A stretch of 11,487 nt of DNA from an uncultured delta proteobacterium. Lineage in GTDB: Bacteria > Desulfobacterota > Syntrophobacteria > Syntrophobacterales > Syntrophobacteraceae. Shown piece by piece: positions 1-7,160 of this stretch (position 1 is the first letter of the stretch; each line of letters starts with the position of its first letter). The DNA lies in contig CAWEHK010000011.1 of NCBI GenBank assembly GCA_963808625.1, positions 1 to 11,487 on the forward strand, in the 5' to 3' direction. Both the position numbers and the translations under genes were made by a program. Below the pieces are notes generated by a model, which was given only the letters and a program-made list of their open reading frames with translations, did no database searches and had not been told where the DNA came from.

Positions 1-41
1 TATCCTCGGTCGTCACTCCCGCTTCTTGTGTCGAGAATTAA

Positions 42-168
42 GGGGGCGTCCAAAAATAAAAAACCTTCTTTTACCACGAAGAACACGAAGAGCACGAAGA
101 AGTCACTTCGTGTTCTTCGTGGTTCAAAAAAAAGGCGAAACGGGTGCAAGTCATTTTTGGACAGTTTC
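42..168. mobile_element. MITE-like element (127 bp) with IS5-family-like TIRs and a TAA target duplication
   Basis: Left end gggggcGTCCAAAAAT (42-57) and right end ATTTTTGGACagtttc (153-168) are inverted repeats (11/16, inner 10 bp perfect). TAA flanks both sides (39-41, 169-171). The ends resemble those of the 6853-7065 element. Confidence 0.7.
73..123. repeat. Perfect 18-bp inverted repeat built from 9-bp tandem units
   Basis: accacgaagaacacgaag (73-90) pairs with cttcgtgttcttcgtggt (106-123). The left side is three 9-mers: accacgaag-aacacgaag-agcacgaag. Confidence 0.9.
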
Positions 169-890
169 TAAAGTACCCCGTAAATGAGGAAAGCACCCAA
201 CAAGGCAAGAAGAATGAACATTATTCGCCTGTATGTTTTTTCGTCGATCCGCCCGTAGAAAAAGGACCCGAAATAGGTGCCGAGAATCAGGGCGGGCATG
301 GAGACAAGAAAATACCAGAGGACCGGAATCGTCGTAAGACCGTTCAGGGCATGCAGAAGGACCACGACCAGACCCGAAGCCATGAAAAAACCTTGCAGGG
401 TGGCCTTGATCTTGTCCTTGGTCCAGGGCTGCAGAGAAGTATAAACAATCACGGGGGGGCCGGCGGCCCCAAGGGCCCCTCCCAGGCAACCGGCGAAAAA
501 ACCGACTAAGGAGGCCCCTGCCATTTTCATCTCCCAGATCACCGGCCGGTAAAACAGACTGAAAAGGGCATAGGAAACAAGGATGAGGCCCATCGTCAAC
601 TGAATGGTATCGGTATTCATGTTCTTCAGGAAGAAAACACCCATGGGAATGCCCGGTAACGATCCCACAAAGAGGGGAAGCACCTTTTGCCAGTCCAGAT
701 GCTTCCTGAGCTCGATCAAAAGAATGACCGTCGTAAGCAGGCCATGGAGAGCAGCCAACGGGACGACCGTCTTAATATCGAGGAACATGGTCAACAGCGG
801 CAAGGCCAGGATGATCGACCCGAAACCGGAAAGCCCCTGGTTAAAACCGGCCAGAAACGTGATGAGAACGATAGGGACATACTGGATCAC
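168..890 (-). CDS. Sulfite exporter TauE/SafE family membrane protein (240 aa)
   Basis: Motifs LAGFNQGLSGFG and GFFAGCLGGALGAAGPP, with ~8 hydrophobic segments. Start reassigned to GTG at 890, which has GGAG 9 nt upstream; the longer ORF to 1082 only reads through repeat DNA. Confidence 0.9.
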   Translation of the reverse strand: MIQYVPIVLITFLAGFNQGLSGFGSIILALPLLTMFLDIKTVVPLAALHGLLTTVILLIELRKHLDWQKVLPLFVGSLPGIPMGVFFLKNMNTDTIQLTMGLILVSYALFSLFYRPVIWEMKMAGASLVGFFAGCLGGALGAAGPPVIVYTSLQPWTKDKIKATLQGFFMASGLVVVLLHALNGLTTIPVLWYFLVSMPALILGTYFGSFFYGRIDEKTYRRIMFILLALLGAFLIYGVL

Positions 891-908
891 ACCACAAATC
901 TCCGCTCG

Positions 909-1195
909 GTAAGGTCCCACACAATAGTGCCCGTTATCCCCGACCGTCATTCCCGCATGCTCCTGGCGGGAATCCACGAGCTTTGTACAGCCTAGTACAC
1001 ATGGGCATAAGTTCGTGCATGTTTGCGGTGGGCAAAAAAACCTGCCCACCCTGCGGATCCGGGAACACTGTAGGGTGGGCACAGCTTCACCGTGCCCACC
1101 GGAACTGGCTACTTATTTCGGCCCACGTGTACTGGATGTCCGCCTTCGCGGGCATGACGCGAAAAGACCGCACACTCATTCATGCAGCGCGGTAT
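909..1195. mobile_element. Degenerate MITE carrying a CGTC-type REP pair, with a nested insertion
   Basis: Colinear with 11281-11411 once 995-1132 is removed. REP cgtcattcccgcatgctcctggcgggaatcca (945-976) is 31/32 identical to 11305-11336. The partner REP is at 1133-1159. Right end cacactcattcatgcagcgcggtat resembles gacactcatttatgcggagctgtac. The left end is degenerate and approximate. Confidence 0.65.
995..1132. mobile_element. Nested MITE with IS630-like ends carrying two GTAG-type REPs
   Basis: TIR gtacacatgggc (995-1006) / gcccacgtgtac (1121-1132), 11/12, plus inner ataagt/acttat. Flanks are TA (left) and TG (right). Hairpins: ggtgggca/tgcccacc+ctgc (1027-1054) and GTAG+ggtgggcac/gtgcccacc (1070-1100). 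Confidence 0.7.
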
Positions 1196-1212
1196 TCATT
1201 GTGCTTGAAAGT

Positions 1213-1233
1213 GACGGAAAGGTCCTTTCCGTC
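1213..1233 (-). terminator. Possible intrinsic terminator of the nitroreductase gene
   Basis: Perfect 9-bp stem gacggaaag/ctttccgtc with a 3-nt loop, 1 nt after the stop codon. The U-tract is weak (acuuuc). Confidence 0.45.
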
Positions 1234-1234
1234 T

Positions 1235-1879
1235 TTACTTCTTTGGATATCCCACCGACTGGGCAAGGATGATCTTTTGTTCCGGCTTTAATTTCATCTC
1301 TTTTGCCAGGGCGTCGCGGTCGATATTCGCCCGCACCACCGTTGCCAGGCCCTCCGACGCGCAGTAGAGGTAGACATTCTGGCCGATAAAGCCGGTGTCG
1401 GCGCCCACCAGAAGATTCTGGTCCATTCCCCCACCGCTGACCTTGGAATAGTCGGCCACATACACGAGATTGACCGCGGCATCCTTGACATAAGCCTGAC
1501 CGCCGGTCATAGCCCGGACGTCCTTCGTCAAAATCGGGCTCAGCGTATTCTTCTGGGCGTCCCAAAGGAACAGGCCGTCAGGCGTTGCGACATAGATGTC
1601 AATCTCCTGCCAGTTTTTTGCCGATGGGGCGGTTCTCCTGCCGTCCGGTCGATTGATGCCGAAGGCCGCCCAGAGGAGATTCGAAAGAGTTTGCGGCGAA
1701 AGCTTTTCGTCGCTGAACGAGCGGTTGGTCATGCGTTCCTTTAAGACCTGCATCAGGGGTTTTCCCCCTTCCATCCGGGGGCTTGGAAGTTGAATGGGAT
1801 CAGCGGCATAGCCGGCTAACGTGCAAAGCGAAACAACCGCCACGATGAGGCTGACGCATACCATTGACTTCACCTTCAT
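1235..1879 (-). CDS. SagB/ThcOx-like nitroreductase family protein with N-terminal signal peptide (214 aa)
   Basis: Motifs IQLPSP, LKERMTNRSFS, LSNLLWAAFG, RTAPSA, DTGFIGQNVYLYCASEGL and QSVGYP. GGAGG RBS; hydrophobic leader ending AGYA. Confidence 0.9.
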   Translation of the reverse strand: MKVKSMVCVSLIVAVVSLCTLAGYAADPIQLPSPRMEGGKPLMQVLKERMTNRSFSDEKLSPQTLSNLLWAAFGINRPDGRRTAPSAKNWQEIDIYVATPDGLFLWDAQKNTLSPILTKDVRAMTGGQAYVKDAAVNLVYVADYSKVSGGGMDQNLLVGADTGFIGQNVYLYCASEGLATVVRANIDRDALAKEMKLKPEQKIILAQSVGYPKK

Positions 1880-2105
1880 GGGAGTCCTCCGATCAGTAAA
1901 TCATGAAAAGCCTTGGAGCCGGAATCATCTACTTGCCACAGGAGCGGGTCTTCTCCTCCACGTGCTGCTTAAGAAAAATGCAACGGAGTCGACCATGCGC
2001 AGGGAACGGGTGATCCGGATGCCACACACCTCCCGCACGATCAGCCGCCGCACCGTCTCCGCTGCAGGCCCTAAAATGCATCCCGGCGATCATCCCCATC
2101 CGGGC

Positions 2106-3119
2106 TCAGGGCACGTAGTCGTCCCCCAGGGGATAGAAGTTGGCGTAAACTTTACCCGTATAATCTTTTACCTGGCAGCGCAACTGTTTGCTGTCGAGAT
2201 GCCAGCCACACACAATCATCTCTTGCGTGTTCGAGTTGTTGTCGTAATAGTTCCAAGACCAATCATCCACATGGTATTGAGGTCCAAGGAAGGGAATGGT
2301 TCGAATCAGGCCGCCGTTATTGAGTCGCCTCACCTCGCATACGAACTGGCCGGAAAGGCGATTGCGAGCACAGGTGGTCAGTTCCTCTCTGTTGTTCCCA
2401 TCCATGTCGGTGGAATTGGGGTATAGCCAACGCTCATACGTAGGGTCCAGGATCTTGATACTTACCAGTGCCCTATTGGTGAAGGGGTTGACGAGGCGAA
2501 AATAGGTTTGTTGCGTGGCGGCGTCGACATAGGTGAAACCAAATTCGGGCGTGGTGGAATCATTGTCGGTATCAAACCCATATCCCATGTACGAATTGAA
2601 TCCAACGTACGGGTCTGAGCCGGCGGGGACGGCTACGAATTGGCCCTGCAGCGTGCAGGTTGCTCGATCAAAATACTGGCACTCGAGAGCATTATCGGAG
2701 AGCCTCACTCCGCAACCGACGAAGAAAGTCTGAGAACCGGTGAACCACTGCTCTTGTATGGACCCACCCGCATCGTATCCGGGTGTCAGCAGATCGAACG
2801 CACACAGAGGTGCCTTCCCGTGGACATCCTGGATCTGGCAGGAAACCTGACCCGTCTTTTGGTTTTCGCCGCACGTCAGTACGTCATTGTAATTGTCACC
2901 ATTGCTGTTGACATAAAAACTAAAGTTGGGATTGTAACGTTTGACACTGCCGGGAGCGACCTCCGATACCGGATTCTTGGTATAATGGATCACCATTTTT
3001 CCCGCTTCGAGTTTGGTGGTCTGGACCTCCAGCCATGCCCAGCTGGTGGCCGTCCAAACCAAACACAAGAAACCAGCGATCAGCAGGAGAAGAACACTTT
3101 GTTTGCTTCGTATCATCAT
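2106..3119 (-). CDS. Secreted repeat protein (C-x10-C / DxDGD-like repeats), paralog of 3220-4233
   Basis: 337-aa ORF with AAAGGA RBS and a signal peptide ending TSWA. It aligns end to end with the neighbouring ORF. Confidence 0.85.
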   Translation of the reverse strand: MMIRSKQSVLLLLIAGFLCLVWTATSWAWLEVQTTKLEAGKMVIHYTKNPVSEVAPGSVKRYNPNFSFYVNSNGDNYNDVLTCGENQKTGQVSCQIQDVHGKAPLCAFDLLTPGYDAGGSIQEQWFTGSQTFFVGCGVRLSDNALECQYFDRATCTLQGQFVAVPAGSDPYVGFNSYMGYGFDTDNDSTTPEFGFTYVDAATQQTYFRLVNPFTNRALVSIKILDPTYERWLYPNSTDMDGNNREELTTCARNRLSGQFVCEVRRLNNGGLIRTIPFLGPQYHVDDWSWNYYDNNSNTQEMIVCGWHLDSKQLRCQVKDYTGKVYANFYPLGDDYVP

Positions 3120-3219
3120 GACAATTCCTTTCTTTGCTCATCTGAGATGAAGGGATTGAGAGCTTCCTCGGCGAAGCTCTTCCCGCCATGCCCTCATGCT
3201 TCGTCAGGCTGCCAGGGCA

Positions 3220-4233
3220 TCAGGGTACGAAATGGTTACCCAAGGGGAAGAAGCTGGTGTAGATCTTCCCGTCTCTCTTCCTGACCTCGCATTTCAACTG
3301 CTTGGTTCCGAGATGCCAACCGCAAGCAATGATTTCCGTGCTTTTGGGATCATTATCAAAATTCAAAAACGAAACGGAGCTTACATAATGCTTTGGTGTC
3401 AGCAGGGGAATAGTCTTCAACAGCTCGCCGTTCGTCATCTTTCTTACTTCACATGCATACTGGCCGGTGACGCGATTGCGTGCGCAGCCCACGATCTCTC
3501 TTACGCCGTCGCCATCCATGTCGCGCAGGCTGGTATTGCCTGGACTAAACGCGTAGTTGGGATTCAAAACTTTTGTCTGCATCATTAGAACACCGGTCAA
3601 CGGATTGACGACCCGGAAATATACCTGCCCAGTGGAGGCCTTGCGATAAGCGAATCCCCACTCGGGCGTGGTCGCGTTACCGTCGGTGTCAAGGTAGGAC
3701 ATGTAGACACTGAGACCTGAACTGACATCCATTCCCGGAGGGACGGCCAGAAACTGCCCCTTAAGAGCGCCCGTTGCGAAATCAAACAACTGACATTCAG
3801 CGGCGCTGTCCGCCAGCCTTCTGCCGCAGGCGTAAGCATAGACAGGCAAACCCGCGAAATAGACATCATCCACCCAGCGCAGGATCTCATAATCAGCATT
3901 CAAGACATCAAATGAACAGATATCCGCTTTGCCGCGAATATCCTTGACCTGGCAGGACACCTGACCATTGGTCTGTTTCTCTCCACAGACGACCAAATCA
4001 TCATGCCCGTCACCGGAGGGGTCCATATAAAACGAGAAATCGGGATAGTACCGTTTCACCACGCCAAGAGGGCCGTCGGTCGCGGTGCTCTGGTGAAAGT
4101 GCACAACTTTTTGACCCGTCTCATCTTTGACAACCTCAACTTCCAGCAGGGCCCAGCTTGCTCCGGCCCAGACCAGGCAAAGGACGGCTGCCGTCAAGGC
4201 AAGGAAAAGAACACTCTTCTTTGTCTTATTCAT
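3220..4233 (-). CDS. Secreted repeat protein (C-x10-C / FG-GAP-like DxDGD repeats), paralog of 2106-3119
   Basis: 337-aa ORF with AAGGAGG RBS and a signal peptide ending ASWA. Motifs DPSGDGHDD, DTDGN, DMDGDGVRE and NFDND. Confidence 0.85.
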   Translation of the reverse strand: MNKTKKSVLFLALTAAVLCLVWAGASWALLEVEVVKDETGQKVVHFHQSTATDGPLGVVKRYYPDFSFYMDPSGDGHDDLVVCGEKQTNGQVSCQVKDIRGKADICSFDVLNADYEILRWVDDVYFAGLPVYAYACGRRLADSAAECQLFDFATGALKGQFLAVPPGMDVSSGLSVYMSYLDTDGNATTPEWGFAYRKASTGQVYFRVVNPLTGVLMMQTKVLNPNYAFSPGNTSLRDMDGDGVREIVGCARNRVTGQYACEVRKMTNGELLKTIPLLTPKHYVSSVSFLNFDNDPKSTEIIACGWHLGTKQLKCEVRKRDGKIYTSFFPLGNHFVP

Positions 4234-4719
4234 AATCGAATGCCTCCTTTTCTGACAATCAAACCTGAATCCCCCATGCCGTCTCGGTCCCGGTCCCCTG
4301 TCACCTCCTTTTCCATCGAGAGCGGGCTGTCACGTCCGGAAAAACGCTGAGGCGCACGCGGGCGCCACCTTCAGATCAGAGAAGCGCCACCACAAAGAGT
4401 CTGTCTCAGAGATCCCCTGCATCGATGGGAGGGACCGGGGGAGAGTCTAGGTACGCTTTGAACTGCCCTCCTATCCAGCTTCCCCCATGAAGCGGGAGGA
4501 GATGCAAGGAATCTTGAAATAGGTACTCAATGACCGGGGCAATGGGACCGGAGAAGGCATGGCATGCGACAGGGCAAAATCGCTGGATGAGGACAATGGG
4601 AACACTGGCACGGTCGCGTGAACCGGGAGAAGCGGCGGCTTTCAGCAAAGCACTGAGTAATCGGGCGACTCCATTGGCGCGGCCCTCGGTTTAAAACGCC
4701 TCCACACAGACTTACTGAA

Positions 4720-4748
4720 ATTATCGTGTATGAAAGAACGATAGTCAA
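4720..4748 (-). promoter_or_regulatory. Putative sigma70 promoter
   Basis: Minus strand reads TTGACT-17 bp-GATAAT (5/6 and 5/6 to consensus, optimal spacing) in a locally AT-rich patch, pointing toward the gene starting at 4233. Confidence 0.55.
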
Positions 4749-4817
4749 AAGAAAATGGCGAGCCGGGTGTGATCAGAAGGGGGAGTTGGAAAACGCACGA
4801 GGTAATGGCTGAGTGGA

Positions 4818-4925
4818 GAATGTATTGCCGGTCCAGGTGCTTTCTGAACTCAATCAGTTGAATGATCGCCGTGACTAATCCTCGAAAGGCCGGCACGAAG
4901 GACGTTTTCAAAAAAGTCACCGGGC
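4818..4925 (-). pseudogene. Remnant of a second TauE/SafE gene
   Basis: Translates GLVTAIIQLIEFRKHLDRQYIL versus GLLTTVILLIELRKHLDWQKVL in the intact gene. 4825-4872 matches 687-734 at 38/48 nt without gaps. Boundaries are approximate. Confidence 0.75.
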
Positions 4926-5077
4926 CTCCACCATCCATGCTATATGGTTTTTAGCGACACCAAGAGGAGGACCCTGGCATGCAACGGATTTTTGAAGTCA
5001 TCACAACCCGTCCACTGCTTAATGGCTTTTCGCATATTTTTTGATCCGCTGGTCCCATCCCATTGCGGAGATGCCCC

Positions 5078-6421
5078 ATGCCCTTCGAAAAACGCATCTT
5101 TCATCTTCAACAAGCCCTCCGGGACCGTGACTTATCCGGAGCCATCCTGTTCTACTCCCGAGACATCTTTTACTACACGGGCACGGCTCAACCTTCTTCC
5201 TTGGTCGTGCTGCCGGATGATTACCTGTTGTTTGTGCGCAGAGGGTATGAATTCGCACGCCGCGAGTCCGGTTTGGAAGCCGAGCGCATCGTCCTGGAAG
5301 GAAGCATCAAGGCCCTTTGCCAACGGATGTTCCCCGGCGCTGGGGGCGGCAGGAAGGTGGGTACCGAACTGGATGTGCTTACCGTGGCGCAATCTCACAG
5401 TATGCTTCGAGCCTTGGGAGATCGAGAACTGGTGGATATTTCCGGCATCATACTGGAACAGCGCATGATCAAAGACCCGGGGGAAATTGAGAGCGTTAGA
5501 AAAGCTTGCTATGCCCTTCATGCCGGCCATTTGGCGGTGGTCTCCCGTCTCCGGGCGGGGATGACCGAACTGGAGTTGGCCGCCCATGTCGAGAACGCTC
5601 ACCGTTTGGCCGGACATGAAGGTGTTTTCTTTATACGAGTGCCCGATTTTGTGATGAGCCGAGGCCCCCTGGCTTCAGGGCCGAATCTGCGGGAGACAAG
5701 CGGCACCGTTTACACGATTACCGGCAAGGGATTGAGCAGTGCGGTACCGGCCGGCCCTTCCCGCCGCGTAATGGAGCGCGGAGACCTGGTGCTGGTAGAT
5801 ATCCCCGTCTGTGTCGAGGGCTACCATGGTGACCAGAGTCGGACCTACGCGGTGGGCCAAATGCCGGAAGGAGCCGAGGACCTTTTTTGCCGTCTGCGGG
5901 ATGCGGCGGATTCTTTAATCAAGAGCATCTCGCCCGGCATGAAAACGGGCGAAGCCTTCGCTCTGGCCGAGGCCCGTGCCACCGAACTCGGCATCGGGGA
6001 TTCTTTCATGGCTTTCGAGTCCCAGGCAAAGGCCCATTTCGTGGGACATGGCATCGGCCTGGAAGTGAACGAACCGCCTCTTCTTGTTCGGAATGGCGAG
6101 GTGGTGCTCAAGGCCGGGATGGTGCTGGCGATTGAAATGCACGTGATGGTGCGCGGTGGCTTGACAATCAAGCTCGAAGATATGGTGCACCTTACAGAAA
6201 AGGGGATTGAGCTGCTCAGTATCAGCCCCCGGGAACTCACCCTGGCAGGGGCAGAGACAATTAAGCCCTCATCGATAAGAAGACGCGCCCAAAAGGCGTC
6301 GACAGCTGCAATCACACCAACCGGGTGCGCGATACGGACCAACATGGCTGCACTGGTCTGCAGAGTGCCCGGCAAGCGCTCTTCGAAGAGACCTGGTTCG
6401 ACGAAATTGCGGTTGAGCTGA
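5078..6421 (+). CDS. M24 family metallopeptidase (Xaa-Pro peptidase-like, creatinase-type N-domain), 447 aa
   Basis: RMIKDPGEIE linker; metal-ligand motifs LVDIP, YHGDQSRT, GHGIGLEVNE, LAIE and KLEDMV. ATG at 5078 has GGAG 7 nt upstream. The last ~58 aa look like a non-conserved extension. Confidence 0.92.
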   Translation: MPFEKRIFHLQQALRDRDLSGAILFYSRDIFYYTGTAQPSSLVVLPDDYLLFVRRGYEFARRESGLEAERIVLEGSIKALCQRMFPGAGGGRKVGTELDVLTVAQSHSMLRALGDRELVDISGIILEQRMIKDPGEIESVRKACYALHAGHLAVVSRLRAGMTELELAAHVENAHRLAGHEGVFFIRVPDFVMSRGPLASGPNLRETSGTVYTITGKGLSSAVPAGPSRRVMERGDLVLVDIPVCVEGYHGDQSRTYAVGQMPEGAEDLFCRLRDAADSLIKSISPGMKTGEAFALAEARATELGIGDSFMAFESQAKAHFVGHGIGLEVNEPPLLVRNGEVVLKAGMVLAIEMHVMVRGGLTIKLEDMVHLTEKGIELLSISPRELTLAGAETIKPSSIRRRAQKASTAAITPTGCAIRTNMAALVCRVPGKRSSKRPGSTKLRLS

Positions 6422-6496
6422 CAGCGCACAGCATCCCGAAAGGCAATCAGTCCCGATGCCTGAGGCAGAGCAGCAGATGGGAATGGGTCTTGAGCG

Positions 6497-6733
6497 TTAC
6501 TGCCTTTTTACCGCTTCGTCGATCGCCCTGGTTCTCTCCTCGCCCAGTTGCTGCGCTGTCCGAGCTTTGCCGATAGGCTTCTTGCCATATTCCTTAACGA
6601 CTTCCGCGGCCTGCTCGGTTGCGGACCTGGCGCCTGCTTTCACCGGTTCTGTTTCTTTGCTCTGGGAACAGGCGCTCAAAACCAGCCAAAATAACGCCAA
6701 GGTCATGATTCGATAGCATCGCGCTTTTCTCAT
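6497..6733 (-). CDS. Small putative lipoprotein (78 aa)
   Basis: ATG at 6733 with GGGGAG RBS. Basic N-terminus, hydrophobic stretch, lipobox LSA-C, then a charged, likely helical tail. Confidence 0.7.
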   Translation of the reverse strand: MRKARCYRIMTLALFWLVLSACSQSKETEPVKAGARSATEQAAEVVKEYGKKPIGKARTAQQLGEERTRAIDEAVKRQ

Positions 6734-6852
6734 ACTCGCTCCCCATTTCTTGAAACACTGAGACGGCCACCGTCTTTGCCGAGGTTGTACCCCATGTGAT
6801 CGAACCTCGCACATCTTTTGCGCTATCTGTTGGTTGAGCAAACGAAGAGTTA

Positions 6853-7065
6853 AAGGGTGTCCAAAAAGGTTCTCTGCTCGTCAGCCCCCGCGTGCTCCCC
6901 GCCTAAAGCCTGGGGGGACAAGCTTTGGCGGGGGTCCAAGGAGCAAACGACACCTGGATTCCCGCTTAAAGCCTGCGGGAATGACGATCTCGGATGTTCC
7001 TCCTGCGCCCTGGAGGTTCGCGGCAATCACATAACGGCGCTGCTTCAGCCTTTTTAGACACGCTC
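6853..7065. mobile_element. MITE-like element (213 bp) with IS5-family-like TIRs, TTA target duplication and CGTC REP cargo
   Basis: aagggtgtccaaaaagg (6853-6869) versus the reverse complement of cctttttagacacgctc (7049-7065) matches 14/17. TTA flanks both sides (6850-6852, 7066-7068). It contains REPs at 6879-6938 (interrupted) and 6955-6986. Confidence 0.75.
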
Positions 7066-7160
7066 TTAGAGACAAATCTTAACAGGATTTCAAGAATTCG
7101 AACGCTAGTCATGCAGTGAAGATCTGTCCGTAAAAGTTCAGAACTGACTGTTGGAGGCTT

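Noticed and set aside
891..1082. 64-aa N-terminal extension of the TauE ORF in the ORF track
   Set aside because: It reads through the REP/MITE cluster; an RBS-supported GTG at 890 gives a normal-length protein.
3159..3180. Hairpin agagcttc/gaagctct between the paralogs
   Set aside because: No U-tract on the coding strand, so it was not called as a terminator.
4317..4391. Loose resemblance to a glycine riboswitch aptamer on the plus strand (gagag...cgctgaggcgca...cttcag)
   Set aside because: Key conserved bases are missing, there is no nearby downstream plus-strand gene, and no second aptamer.
6734..6841. Longer start for the lipoprotein ORF
   Set aside because: The RBS and lipoprotein signal geometry favour the ATG at 6733.
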